In this document: piece by piece, positions 1 through 13,866 of the stretch
Layout: each line of letters starts with the position of its first letter
Position numbering within the stretch: the first letter of the stretch is position 1
Assembly: GCA_010093605.1 (NCBI GenBank)
Contig: MU004181.1
Location: 2,604,001 to 2,668,000 of the forward strand
Reading direction: 5' to 3'
DNA length: 64,000 nt
Origin: Lophium mytilinum
Taxonomy: Eukaryota
The notes under the pieces: generated by a model
What the model saw: only the letters and a program-made list of their open reading frames with translations
Databases searched by the model: none
Told to the model about the DNA's origin: nothing
Position numbers and translations under genes: made by a program

Positions 1-3000
1 AAGAGGGTTGAAAATGAGGTGCGTTGAAATTTGCCATGTGCGCGCCGGTGTTTGGTGGCTCGAAGACTTCGGCTGTGATATCCAAGAGCAGAAGGCTATA
101 GGTAGAGCGTCGATGAATGGCATGAGCTCCATGGAATGTAGGCTTTGGCCAGGGGAACAAGGGACAGGTGACAAGCTCTTCCAATGCCAGACAGCAAAGA
201 GATAGATGTAGACTCCACGTTAGAAGACATCTCCTTGACGAGCTCTGGTTATCTTCCTGGGGCGCCTTCGGAGACTTTCAAAGCCAGCAAGTTCCCGGAG
301 AGAGGCTCCAGATAAGTAAGTAGCACAAACAAGCCTACTTGAATTGTGGGTATGCTGTTTTGTATCTGGCTATAGGACTTCGAACAACGTCCAAGAGTGC
401 TTCGTGTTCGGACCCGTGTTTTCAATATGAAGCAGGGCGAGTTCGCGATTGCAGTGCAAGCATAGAAACATGTAGCCATTGCTCTCGCTGCAGTCTCATG
501 AGGTGTCCCTAGAGGCTATGACTGTACACCAAAGGATATTTGTGAGATGTCGTTTTGAGCCCGGGTAACAGTCTTGTCCTGGCTGTCCTCGAATATCGCA
601 ATTGCCGCAAGGTGGTCACCTCAGATCGAGCGGTAATCCGGTGTCGGATGCAGACTTAAGATCTTGGTGTGGTCCTATCTTGAGCATGCCATAGCTGGCA
701 GGCTGAGGAATTCAGCTGTCTGATATGAAGTGGACGCCTCGCAAAAGGCTTCAGAGGAAGCCAATCTGGCCCCAGTTAGTCAGTGCTAAGTAACACGAGG
801 CAGATGTGACGGAGATGACTTACAGTTTTTGAAGGAGGTGACACGCGTCCAAGACGCGCCTGAGGCCAGCCAGCTGGATGACCAGCCGACTACTAGTAAG
901 GAACACAGTCACAGGTGCTGCACCTGGCGGTATCCAAAGGGGCTTCAGTCCAGATCCAGGTCCGGGAAATCCTGGAGGTGCCTGCCAAAGGTTGACGGGC
1001 TCGGTCCGTAGAATCGTCTCGTGGAACTTTTCCGACCATCCACAAGGCTCTTTCGCAAGCTCAGATCGCACAGTAGCGACCTGGGGAGTTAGATCACTAA
1101 GAATGGGTTGTTACTTACGGAAAATCGGTCGGGCGTAGGGCGGGCACGACGTTGGCCATTAGGGCGCGGTGTGAAGGAGAGAAGAACGGTGGGTCGAAAA
1201 TTCGCGTAGATGGACAGCAGCAGGTTGCCAAGCTTCCCTACCCACCCCTGTTCCAGCATATGCCGTCACCTTCCTAGCACGCCTAGCAGGACTTTCAACG
1301 CCATATCTACCTGATATCTGACCTCAGACGCGCGAGTAGCGAAAGGCCCTATATTCTTGAAGCTGTCACAACAACACCACCAGCAGCAGAGCAGTTTACC
1401 CGCTTCTCTGTGGGCCATGGCTCGCTGCTACATGCCACCGAAGCCGCCTCATACGGTTACAGCGGTGTGCAATTGCTGCTAGAAGGTGCACTGATAAACA
1501 ACACCCTAAGGAAGGCTTTGCTGTTATAGCGAGTCTCCAGTAGGGTGCGGCAACAGCCTCCTATTTGCAAGCCGGAGCAGAAGCTGAAAACCAACAGGAG
1601 ATGCCGTCGAGCATGCTTCGAAGCGGCAACAACAACATCAAAGCTCGAGCTCGTTAGGCCCGATCGATACCTTCCTCCGATCGCAAACGAATTCGGGCAT
1701 AAACCCAGAGGGGTATGAAAGCAACAAGACAGGAGAATGGAAGCGGCGGTCACTCGAACGGCCGTTTGACTACAAGAAGAATTGGACGACACACTCCTAG
1801 GGGTGCGAGGGAAGAGGCACATATTCAAACGTCAGCCGCAAGAATACGGTTTCAGGGTAAGACTACTCGTCACAAATTAGTGATAACTATGTGGAACGAG
1901 GAACATATGACAAAAGAATGGAATTTAGGACGCTATGAGAAGCGGCCTGGACTCGGAACAATGCTGTCGAGGGCACCAAGGTCATTCAAGAGCACAGGAA
2001 ACTTGAGATAGAGAGACTGGTAACCTTCTTACACTGCTACCTTACACCGCTTTCAATTCTTCGAATCGAGCTCATTATGCCTCAGGGTACTCATCCGCAT
2101 ACTTCACGTCTTCGTAGAGCACACATTCTCTAATTCGAAAGCCTCTTATAACTCCTCTGCACACTTACGACAGCCGGCAAGACACTCCAGAACGTACTCG
2201 AGGACTTTGCCCCTGAGGCAAGGCCGAAGGACACAGGGAGATATGGCACCGTCATGGTGGCATTGAGAAGACTCAACACCACGATAGAGATGGGATGGAA
2301 GCTCGTGGTGAAGATAGAGATCTTGCCAAGGGCCGCCGCTTCCGCCCTTGATCCCTGGCATGCAAGGGGTGGCTGCGCCAATGGCGGCATAGTGCCCCGT
2401 GTGGAGAACGTTAAATCTTGGAACACCATGCGTTGGACCACGATCACGGGCCCTGCACCCATCACGAACGGAAGGAGCGCAGACTCAGCGCCTCGTTGCG
2501 GTAAGGGCACCTCGAGAAGACACTTTGAGCATCTTCGACTGACTGTTTGCCGTCTGTATAGGCTTGTCTGCCCCTTCGCGCCTCCGCTACAAGCTACCAG
2601 CCCAGCACCCTTCGTCGCCTCAACCGCCGCCTATGTATACTCGAGACGATGAATGAACACTACGATAGTTGCTTGGGAGATACGGGACTAATGGGCTGGT
2701 AGTTGTTCCTTCGCAGAACCTTGGCTATCTCGAAGGGCTTTTACAACACGCAGTGAGCCGCCCCTAAGTCGTGGTAGCCGGCTTGGGACATCTGTCACAC
2801 AAGGGAACCAGTAGGTAAAGGTATCGTAATGCAGAAAATCTTTGGCGGTTCAATTGTCTCGAAATCCTCTGGGGCGGCCTTCTTTCCAGCCTTCTTGTTT
2901 TGGTGAAAGAAGGGTTTCTCTATTTATTCGTGCAAATATGGCAGTACCGCTCCTGCGCTTCGTGCATCATTTCCAGCTTCAAAACATCGTTGACCTAAAT

Positions 3001-6000
3001 GTGCATTTGGCCTCTGTATTTTGGCGCTGTGCTCGCTATCCTAGGGCGGCGGCGGCGGCAAGGGGCGCTCGAAAGCCACTGCATCGCGCACCAAAATCCA
3101 ACCATAGCTTGTCGCCCTGTATCTCGACGTGATTCCCATGCACTATAGCGCGGACGATGCGCATGTTCTGGCGTGCCTACAGGCGTGGAGAAAGTGCCGT
3201 GCTCCTGACCGCTCGGTGAAGCTAACGGCTCTTCAACCCCAGACTAGCCAGCAGGATCTTGACACCTTTCCAGCATCAGGGTCAAAGCCAGTAGGTTGTT
3301 ATTATTGAACTGCTGACGATGTTCTACAGGCTGCGAGACGCAGACAACACGGCGCAAACATCCCACCCGGACGGCATCGGCGGAGCAATCGCTGTGCCAA
3401 AGCAGTCCCGCTCGCAACCCAGCGCTGCGAAGAACGATTCTCTTGCGACGTCGATATTACCAAAGATTGGGATATGGCGCATTTGTACCGGCTCAGGAAT
3501 ACAGCGATACGTGCCTCCGTGGCATCCGCAAAGCAGCCATCGAGGCATCGACAGCGTCGCGACTCCTCTTCCCGGGCTCTCCCGCCAGCCACGCACCGCA
3601 ACCTCGACCGCTTCTTGAAACCGGCGTCGTATTATTCTTTAGGCCTATTCCGGACATTACACCATCATATTCGGAGTCCACATGCCTTCTTTGGCCTTTC
3701 ACATGGCTTCTGGCGACGAGCGCGGCCAGCGTCTCTGCACCATCGCGCCTCCACGGGGGACGCCGCCGAGTCAGACACGTAACACTTTCTTTACTAGGCG
3801 ATGCATCTTCTCCTGTACACGCCTAGAGAAACCTTTGGCATCTCACGCTCCCTGGATCTACCGGAGAATCGCTCTACGACGGTTGAGACAACTGGGTGGC
3901 TGCGCGTACCAAACCGCACATTCATCTAGTTACCCTGCTAGGAGCATATACAGGCTTAGGCTACAGCACTGCTTATCCCACAGGTATCGTGTTGTCCAGA
4001 ATGTCAGGGCCCTAGCGGAAACTAACTGCAGTGCTCGGGAACAGATTCTCTATACCGTCGTCGCGACGAAGCGCGTTGAACCTTTTTCTCCGACGCAGAC
4101 TCGAGGAACCATCCCGCGCGCATATTTTGCCATGCACACAGGATCGCTGTCCCAAGATTGTCCTTGGCACGCCTCATACCAATCCGGAGGACCATTGAAG
4201 GACGGAGCGAGACGAAATCCTAGCGAGAGCAACAGCTTAACCCTCAAGAAAGTTCAAGTCCTAGACGAGTCCTAAATCTCCTGAGCAAAATAGCGTCCAT
4301 GGTGGAGCAGCATATCAAACGGAGGGAGGTTGTACAACACTCTCACCGAGTAACACGAACCCGGCGATCTCCAAACTCATCTAGACGTGATGGTAAGAGA
4401 CGTAGGATTGTTCGGCTTTGTAACACCTAGAATGGTTCAAGGCTTATGGAACGGAACATCTCCTGAACCAGAGAGCTCCGTCGACAAGCTATATGACCGC
4501 CACACTTCCGACAACAAGCTTGGAGAATGATCCGTTGCTACGACAGCTTATAGCTGTTCTTCCATGGGGGACAGCAATTCATGAATGTCGAGTTGCCTCA
4601 TATCGTATCGAGCGAAGCTTGTACTCAGCCTTTATATCCCTTGCAATCATCCCCTAGTTTGAGGATATAACTGTTGGGATAACAAACCATAGCAGGGTAT
4701 GCCAAATCCTGATTCTTGGGGGAAAGATTCTGACGAGAAATAAGAACATCTTGAGCTCGATGCTCTCCGTACGTATCTCCTTATTTATTGGCCAGTGGAA
4801 TCTGACAGATTGAAGTAGTGGGATGGCTCGCAGACCAGTTCAAGTTCCATAGAAGGGTCCGAGGACTCGAGGAGACATTGAATCTGGGCCACAATACCAC
4901 TTCCGGACTACGCTGAAATACCCGGGATGTTTCTTCGCACCAGCCTATCAACCAAAATACCTTGGTCTATCCTTTTCGGGGCCGGCCGATAACTCCTGGA
5001 GCCACAGCACAGGCTAGAATTTTGCTTCCTACGTTCAATCTTTGAACTTGCAATTGAAGAAAGAGACGGAATGGAAAGAAAAAAGACGTATTGCCACAAA
5101 AGTATGAAGAAGGGTTCGAGAGTAAAAAGCAGGGACACTTGGAAGTTGAAAGGAGACCAAAAGAAATGGACGATCGAATGTATGTTTGATCGAATGAGTC
5201 TGAGGGACTTATACAAAACCCAGGACCGCAAAAGAAGAGGTCTTGCAGAAGAGCAAGGAGGTCTTTCAGAAGAGCAACACGACTGCAATATGACCTATGT
5301 GGACGTTCCTGAAAGAGCGTGGAATGAAAGCAAAAACCTTGAAATGGCTATACAATACCTCGAATAATATGATACGGGCGGCTTTGCTATGCGGTATCGA
5401 GCCTCGGAGCTATCGCCCTGGATAATATAGGCTCATACTATTTCTGTTGTCACCTCGAATCTGGCATCCCTTCGGGCAGGGATCTATCCGGCGTGGGCAG
5501 TCAACTCCGGACCATATCCTGCAGAGCCTTTAGGCATTCAAATGATAGATCGACGCATCGATACGTGTTCAAGATCAGGCCAGCAGCTCCACGTCTTTTT
5601 GTACGGCTGATTACCTATGGTTCGAATCATTCGAAACCCCTCGGATATTCTGTCTCGAGTGGCAAAGCCATGTGTGTTGTGCATCTCGATCTTCATTGCC
5701 AGGCCTTTAGAAACCGTTGTCAGCCTGTCAATATAGTCCAATTGTCCTGCTTGAACCCTCAAAGATACACTGCTTGTTGTTGCAGACCGACAAATGTATG
5801 GTTGTTAGGGAACCTTTGCGGAGGCCGGTGGTGTGGGGATGTGATGTGGATGCGGTGGCCCTAAGATCTACAGGTCAGCCGCGGATGAGAAGACTGAGGA
5901 AGTGCCCTTCACCTACGTTCATCAAGGGTTTCGACCTGTTTGACGCTCATAGGCCTCCCAGGTGAAACGTTGGCGTTCGGATGTTGGAATCGTAGGTGAG

Positions 6001-7877
6001 CGTAGTTGAGGTTTCGTAGCCGATTCCAGCGCCGCTGGATGGCCATTCGAGAACGTCCGTTAGCTCAGGGGTGTGTTATGTGTACGCAAATCCCACTCCG
6101 AGCTCTCCCTGTCCATGGGATTGGTGGTGGTGTTGTTCTTCTTGTAATGGGTGGCGACGATGGAGATGCCTCGGAGGTCGGACTCGAGTTGCTGTCGAGG
6201 TGGCATGGTTTGCCCCGAAGGATGCGACAGCCGGCTGTGTGGTGTCCCCCTTTGTATTCCCTCTGGTAGGCTGACCGGCTCTATAGCTTCCCTGCTTCAA
6301 GCTGCTCACTAAGTTATCAAGGAGGGTGGCAAGATCTGGGTCGCGGACTGTGAGATGTCGTCGGAGGCTTGAAGCTTCGCTTCGAGCAACAACTCGCCGT
6401 CTGGAGCTCCAGGGCACCTACTGGGATAGGTGCCCGAACGTCTTGAGTGCCGTCTCGATCGTGGAGGGTTGTCGTCGCGTCGTGCTGTGCTGTGTACGTG
6501 GAGAGGGGTTAACACAAGTGCAGCGGACTTCCTGGACGAGAGCCTCCGCCCTGGTCGAAGAAACGGGTGGTACGGCAACACCAAGTGCCATTACGGGCCG
6601 CCTACGTCTGCATCAAAAGGGGATCTCAAGAGAATCTTACCACCTGCAGCAAAGTCGATGGACATTTAGGGATGCTGACCCCAAGAACAATTGCGAGAAG
6701 CAGGCTGATACAGAAGGTTATGTCTTAGCCTCCAATGTGAAGCACAGCTGCCGGGCTGCTAGAAGAGCTCATGTAAGGAAGAGGATTCCACACGAGGAGG
6801 TCACATATGTCAACACTTCTGGGGACTTGATGCCGCTATTCACTTGCCTCTTGCGACCCGGGAATAGAACTAATTAGGAAAAAGTCCATAGAGTTCAAGC
6901 TACAATCGCTCGAGTTTCCATCTCAAAGACCGGCTCTTCAGGGACTCAACGGTGCGGATTTTCTAATGTCATAGTACCCACAGAACGCTGGATGCGTAAA
7001 CGAGACTTGAAATCATTGAGGTTATATATGCCATAGCGCTACGCCTTCTGATTTCGAGGCCGATTCTGGCTGAAGGCTCCGAGTAAAGCCTATGCTGTTC
7101 CGACCATCCAGGCCATGCCGCAAGTCCAATCCAAGGAACTTATCTTGAGGTACTCTCCATGTCTACTGGCACACATATCGATGCCAACACTTTCAAAATC
7201 CTACGAAATCCCTATGTTTGAAGGCCAACATCAGTCATTTTGTACCACATGGCTCTTCAAAAACATAATCGTGTGGCAAAAATGTGTGTTTTTTGCTAGA
7301 AAGGCACGTCATCAATGAAGGATCATGTAATTCCACCCTCATTTTCACCAAAGTCAGGTAATCAGATTCCAGCAGTACTACAGCATGGCCTGGATTGTGG
7401 CCGCGTCATTGATGGACTAAAATGTTCGAGTCGCTAGGAAGATCCGATGACCCGAGCATGGAGATTGGACTTTCTCTAGGAAGAATAGGGATTGAAGCCA
7501 TAAGAGAAATTTTACATTGATGCCAATCTCATCATTTTAAACACATTTATATCATAACAGTATGGAGTCAAGACAAGACATGCAGCCAAGCCATCGTCGC
7601 TCGGCTTTATTCGCTGGCGTTCCAAGTTCGCGGCTCGCTGCTTTTGGGCCGGAATATCTGACGTGCGCCATACCCAAAGCAGCTGCTAGCTGCATTCCCC
7701 AGCCACTCCCACACACCCTAGTCCAGCCACTGCGTCATCCCGTCACGATTCTTTGGTTTACCTGTGACCTTGTTCCTCCCCCATGACCGAGCAAGCATAT
7801 CCCATGACACCCGCCATGCTTCTCCATTCTACAACCACTACACTCATTTTTACTCACGGTGCCATTCGACTTTCACC

Positions 7878-10043
7878 ATGAACGATCCAGGCGTTGACGG
7901 TGCGCTTCACGAAGCTGCCGACGACATCGAACGGGACCCCCATGAGGCTGAGGAAAAGGAGGAGGAAGAGGAAGAAGAGGACTTCCTCGATCCCACGTAG
8001 GCAGATGTCCTACCTTTGGAAGTATTAGCTAACTCAGGCAAGTCGTTGGTGGTTTGCATCGACAGCGTGTCCTTTGATCGCTGGAACTTTCGGGCCTATG
8101 GCAAATGCCTTCAGCATCTGTGCACTCGTACAGAACTGGAGGGTATACATCCCTCCCGGCGTCGACGAAGCACACGGGAAAGACATCAAGGATCCTCAAT
8201 GGTATGATGGCTATTTCTTCCTCCCGGCGCGACATGCGATTGGTAGGCTGATTATCTTCCTAGGCTCATTGCAATCAACTCCGTCTCGCTAGTTTTCGCC
8301 TTGGTCGCAAACATGGCCCTCCTGCTCAACATGGCTCGTCGACTGTCATTTGCCATTGCTCAATCAATAACTATCGTGGGCTGGTTCATCTCCTCCATCC
8401 TCCTCATCGCCCTTGTCTGTGTCGCCTCATCATCGCTGTTCCGAAATCAGCCAGCCGAGAGTCATGCTCTCTCACAAGCCTTCTACTATGCAATCATTGC
8501 TGCCGCACTTTATTGCGTAGTCTCGTCGCTAATGGTGGTCACCGTGTACGGCGCGTATCGCAACCATTATCCGAAGGAGTTTCAGCTCACGTCGAGTCAA
8601 AGAACACTCATGCTGCAAACAATCAGCTTTATGGTCTATCTCCTGCTTGGAGCTCTAGTGTATACGAAAATCGAAGGATGGGAGTTCCTCGACGCGGTAT
8701 ACTGGGCCAATTTTACATTGCTGACAATTGGCATCGGAGGTGAATACGTCCCGGCGACTCACCTTGGACGATCCCTACTATTCCCGTACGCCATCGGAGG
8801 TATTCTGACCGTGGGTTTGGTCATTGGGTCGATTAGATCGTTAGCCCTCGAACGAGGGAAGCACAAGATGTCTGCTCGATTCATGGAGAAGAAACGACAG
8901 CGCGTCCTGGCCTCCGTTGATCCCGATGAGCGTACAATCAAGATTGGGCCATTCAAGAAAATCAAATTCTCCCAGAAAGGACTCAGCGAGCTGCAAAGAC
9001 GAGAGCAGGAGTTCAACATAATGCGACACGTTCAAAAGAGTGCTGAAAAGCGTCGAAGATGGACCTCCCTGGCTATGTCTACGATAGCTGCTCTTCTCCT
9101 CTGGTTCTTAGGCGCCCTCGTATTCACCTACTCCGAGAAGCCTCAGGGCTGGAGTTACTTCGTCTCGTTGTATTTTGCGTATACTTCGCTGCTTACCATC
9201 GGTTACGGAGATTATACACTTTCGTCTAATGCTTCCAAGCCATTCTTCGTTTTCTGGACTATGTTGGCTGTTCCAACGCTCACCATCTTGATTAGCAACA
9301 TGGGCGACACTATCATCAAGGCATTCAGTGACTTCACCCTCTGGATCGGCTCCTTGACTGTTCTTCCAGGCGAGAATAGCACCATGGCGAATCTGAAGTC
9401 CGCTGCAAAGAAGCTGCAGGATGGTCGTTTCCGCAACCAACGCGTCAAGTTTGAGAAGCCGCCAGGCCTCGAAATCACAGGCGACGATAGCAAAGACAAT
9501 AAATTATCGGATAAAGGACTTGATCGGCTGGCACAGCACATTGAGGGTGACGAGCTCGAAGAAGCTGAGCAGGCAGAAAAAGAGGGCAACACACTTGAGC
9601 GAGATATTCACTTCTACCACTTCATTCTTGCAAAAGAGCTCCAGCAGGTCATGAAAGACGTCGACGCGTCCCCGCCTCGGCAATATTCTTACCAGGAATG
9701 GGCTTACTATCTTCGACTCCTGGGCCAGGATGAGACCGATGCATCACGGCACAGGAAAGCACCGGTGAAAGAAGACAAGTCTCGGAGAAACGGAATAGGG
9801 AATGGCAACGACGAGAGTGGCGAGAGGGTGGCTTGGAGCTGGCTTGGTACCCGGAGTCCGCTTATGGGCAACAAGTCTGAAGCGCAATGGCTGTTAGAGA
9901 AGCTATTGGGGACCCTTGAACGAGAGATGAGGAAGATGAGAAGATCCAGTTCTCAAGACCACATGGAGCCCCCGCCCTTATCCATGGCTGAACTGAGGAA
10001 GAAGCCGCCTGGCCCAGGGTCGGAGAAGAACCAGGAGTCGTAG
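7878..10043 (+). CDS. TOK1: Outward-rectifier two-pore potassium channel (TOK1 family); introns 7997-8042 and 8202-8263
   Basis: Spliced model MNDPG...DPT|RWWFASTACPLIAGTFGPMANAFSICAL...W|LIAINSVSL; multiple TM segments; two pore loops (LLTIGIGGEY, LLTIGYGDY); GT-AG introns with branch sites restore the frame. Confidence 0.93.
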
Positions 10044-10970
10044 TTGTATGTGAGTATGGCGGCGTTTTTTCAGGATCAGCATTCACATTTTGGCGAGCAG
10101 TTGCCGTAAAGGCTTTCAGGACTCGGTTGCGAGCATGTATCGGAGCCGGTGCCTTCGCTAGATACCCTAATATTAATTCGGCGGAAGAGCGCCTATTGTT
10201 CATTCTAGAATCAGTCTTGTTCTTCCACCTCTTCGTCAGGATTGCTCTTTATTTCGACTTGTATTGTCCGAAATAAGTGTTTTGATGACAGAAGTATCAT
10301 ATGATGTACAGAACGTCTCTCAGCAAGCTTATTTCACATCGCCATCTTCCATTTCCACCTAGCACTTGGGAGATCTTCTCCATTCCCCTCTACCTACAGA
10401 TGGAAGTTCCCTATGTGCTGTCGCACGCCCTTATACCTACACTAAGCGTTGCCAGCCTCGCTCAAGAATCCACGCATGCATCTCAGATTTCCCTCCTACT
10501 CGAATATGAAGTTGCCACGAATACATTGGGAGACGAGCATTTCGATTCTACATACTTAATCATGACGCTCCAGGTCTAAAGCAAATAATACCGCAAAAGC
10601 CATCTACTCATTGAACCTGACACCTGACGCCCAGCTACGTTCATATGCTCTCTATTTCCCGACATAGCATTGACCTTGCCACGTGCCACATCACCTAATT
10701 CCAACCTCGCCCTCTGCCATCAACTCCTTTGCCCTCTACTCACTACAATACGAAGCTACTCGACCGGCACTCAGGCTGTGGGGGCCTTTGCGCCCACTCT
10801 CCCGTCACTGTAAGAATTCATCCGCTATCTCGCACTTCTTCATATGTCAGTCTTCCAATGAAACAACGCTTTGATACTGACCGCAATCTCCCTAGGTCCC
10901 TCGCTCTCAAGCGACGCTCTCTTCACCCAACCACACGTAACCTCCTCTAACCCCCTAAGATAAAGTAGCC

Positions 10971-11807
10971 ATGCCCACCTCAACAGCCTGGGCCACCGTC
11001 TACCTCCCCGCCGCAACCATCACCCTCGCCCCACTGCCCGGCGCCGCAGGCACACCCCCTCACTGGACCGCCGCCCCTGCCTTCTCCCCGGGCTTCATCA
11101 TCTTCGCCATCCTCTCCCTCGCCCTCATCGGCATCACAATCACCGGCTACACCCTCCAGAACCGCCGCAAGCACTCCAACCCCCAACCCCACCCCTCCTC
11201 CCAGCTCGCCGTAACACCAGCCCGCGACCCCCGCGACCCTATCCCCCTCTCCCCCTGGCACCAACAACCCCAGCGCCAGCCGAGCGAGCTCGCGCGCATG
11301 CGCCAGGCCCGCGAGCCCCAGTCCGTCATCATCTCGCTCCCGGGCGCCAGGACGCACGACTACCGCCGGCGCAGCGAGTGGGGCAGCATTCACCACGACG
11401 ACGACGCCATGAGCGCGCGGTACCACGACCACCTCGACGACGACGCACCCGGGCCGTCGAACCACGCAGCGCAGCATCCCTTGGCGGCGGCGAGCTCCGT
11501 GTACACCGACTACGACCGCTCGCGGCGGCCGTCGAGCGCGCCGTCGATGCCGTCGCCGGTGCGAATCCACGCGGCCGTCGCAGACAGAGCAGCAAGGCCG
11601 GAAACGGAGCAGTGGCGCGTGGGAGGGAGCGGTCAGCAGCTGCGTGGTGGATACCGTGGGTCTGCGGCGGCGCCGACGGGGTCGGTGATGAGTACGTGGA
11701 ATCTGGGGTTTGGGAGTATGCCGCGCGATCGGGCGAGTCAGATTAGCATGCCGAGTGCGCCGGCGGAGAGTGAGTTTGATACTGTGTTTACGGGGGATCC
11801 GTACTAA
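10971..11807 (+). CDS. Hypothetical single-pass membrane protein (278 aa)
   Basis: Intronless ORF with strong GC3 bias; hydrophobic segment FIIFAILSLALIGITITGY followed by basic RRK; low-complexity tail; no family recognised. Confidence 0.65.
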   Translation: MPTSTAWATVYLPAATITLAPLPGAAGTPPHWTAAPAFSPGFIIFAILSLALIGITITGYTLQNRRKHSNPQPHPSSQLAVTPARDPRDPIPLSPWHQQPQRQPSELARMRQAREPQSVIISLPGARTHDYRRRSEWGSIHHDDDAMSARYHDHLDDDAPGPSNHAAQHPLAAASSVYTDYDRSRRPSSAPSMPSPVRIHAAVADRAARPETEQWRVGGSGQQLRGGYRGSAAAPTGSVMSTWNLGFGSMPRDRASQISMPSAPAESEFDTVFTGDPY

Positions 11808-12350
11808 GAAGATGGAAGGGAAAGGGGAGGGGAGGGGAGGGGAGGGAGAGATGTTTGGAATCAAATTCACTTTGCTCCATTTTTATTTGTTTTAGGTCGT
11901 TGGTGGGGGTGAGGGGTTTGGTAGAGGATCGCTGGGGGGCTAGTATGAAGACCGGCGTCTGTGAGAGACGAGCATGATGCCCGATTTCTGCTTTCTGGCG
12001 TTTGGAGAATGGGACGGCGTGAGCTTGGTTGGGAAAGCCCGCTTGGGAAGCATCAGATATTCGACACCACACTCCTTATCTCATTATTCACCTCTCACAT
12101 CTTCTCCAATCACACCACAAGATCCTCTAAGAACCAATTTAGATTGATATCAGAAATTACCACGCCGGTTCAAATGGGTATCCAAAAATGAATGCTAGCA
12201 GCGACTTTAACAGAAAATTGCGTGCTTGTGGCCCATGCTAAAATCGCGAATCAAGTATGCTTTGCGTGAAATGGCAGAAAAGATTACCCAGGGCCGTTTT
12301 GAGAACCAAGATCCAGAAACGGGGAACAAAAGAGGATAGGAGAGTCGTAT

Positions 12351-13866
12351 CTACATCATGACGCATGTCTGGCTCCCGACATTCACCGCGCTTTTGCTGC
12401 TGCTGAAGGCTAGCGATGCTCGTTTTAGCCCGAGGGATGAGCTGAGGGATGAGCGGCCGCTTCGGCCGCTTCTGATGCTCATGGCGTCCTTTTTCTAGAT
12501 TGAAGATGTCAGTATGGGAGTCACAGTGTAGTGGGGATGGAGAAAGGCGGGAGGGCATTCATATCCAGTAAGACTTACATCACGTGATGTTTGGGGCGCC
12601 AACGCACCCGGTAAAGGCGCGACCATTTGCCCGTTCGCCATCTGAGGGGACTGCTGATAAGGAGTAGCATAGGGGGTCTGCGGTGTTTGTGGGCCGTGAG
12701 GATACTGGTACGGTGTTGCTGGCAATTCCGGTACAGCTGGGAAGTATCCCGGCGACTGCTGGGGTGTAGGTGGGTACCCCTGGTTTGGTGGTGGAGCACC
12801 GTAGATGCTTTGTCGGTGGGCCATTTGAGGATTCTGTTGCGGTGGGTATTGGCCGGGCGGGTAGTTTTGCGGCGGTTGATGGTACGGGGTCATGCCAGAA
12901 GCGCGCATGATTTCGGTTTGCCATTCCAAGAACACTTCTTGCATTTGCGGCATCCATTCTGGGGAGAGAGAATACTTGACAGTACGGTCCTTGAAGGCGA
13001 CGAAGTACTGGTCTTTGGAGTAGGGGGAGAGGGCGAGGTACTAAGTTTTGATATTAGTAATTGTTTGTGTGAAGCGATATCCCAGGAAACAGATCAAGAG
13101 CATGTCTTTTTCCATATGCTTCGATTGAATGTCTCGAAGAACATGAGACACTTACGGCAACACTTCGCGGCTCCGCAGCATCAAGGATCTTATCCAAGTT
13201 GCCATAGCCGCCGTAAAACTTCCACGCAAAGTACCCGTCCGGCCACATGACGAACCAGGCATCCTTCACCCCCAGCGCAACCTGACACGGCGTGTCAAAC
13301 GCTTTATGCACCTTGTCCCTCAGATCAGTCGCAATGCCACTCCATATCGACCCAAGCCCCGGCGCACAGGCGAAGTAGCTCGTCTTGGGCCCAAAGGTGA
13401 TGTATACAGCCGCGGGGGCGTTCGGTATGGTCTTGACCCACCGCGCGAGGTCCGGGTATGTGTAGTCGAAGTGGTTTTGGGTCATGACTAGTCACAAGAA
13501 GGGGAATAATCAGCATTTGCCCTTCGAAGAGTCGTGCGACATCAGGGACGCAAGGCTGAGATCACATACACAGCTTGTCAGTGCCCTCGCACACCCGGCA
13601 CCCGATGTACCAGATAGCCTCATGGTCTCCGCTCTGCGGGGCGAGCGCAACGCAGTATGGCTGCTGCACCCGCCATCCCGGGTTCATCGACGCATTAAAA
13701 AGCTGACGGAGGGTAGGTGGAATGTTGTGACTAGGCGCCCGTCGTCAGCCGTTTTCACTCTGTTTTTGCTACATGCACACATCACGGCCACTCACAACTT
13801 CCATGATTTGGGAGAGTCGAAGAAGAAGGTGTTGTTAGGGCCGAATATAAACGTCAGTTCCGGCAT
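12351..13866 (-). CDS. Hypothetical protein, 5 exons; beta-rich N-terminal repeats, P/Q-rich region, C-terminal CaaX box (CVMM)
   Basis: ORF fragments MPELTFIFGPNNTFFFDSPKSWK, HNIPPTLRQLF..., MTQNHFDYTYPDL..., YLALSPYSKDQYFVAF... join through canonical GT-AG introns; the last intron (12495-12578) gives ...SQTCVMM*. Confidence 0.8.

Noticed and set aside
5615..5635. GGTTCGAATC T-loop-like motif
   Set aside because: No cloverleaf stems or A-box around it; no tRNA, rRNA or CRISPR array recognised anywhere in the window.
11814..11850. (GGGGA)n purine tract, potential G-quadruplex
   Set aside because: Simple low-complexity repeat in a 3' UTR with no further support.
10980..11870. 296-aa antisense ORF
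   Set aside because: R/V/G-rich shadow of the high-GC3 plus-strand gene; the many antisense ORFs over NTH1, ADE3, SulP and others are rejected for the same reason.
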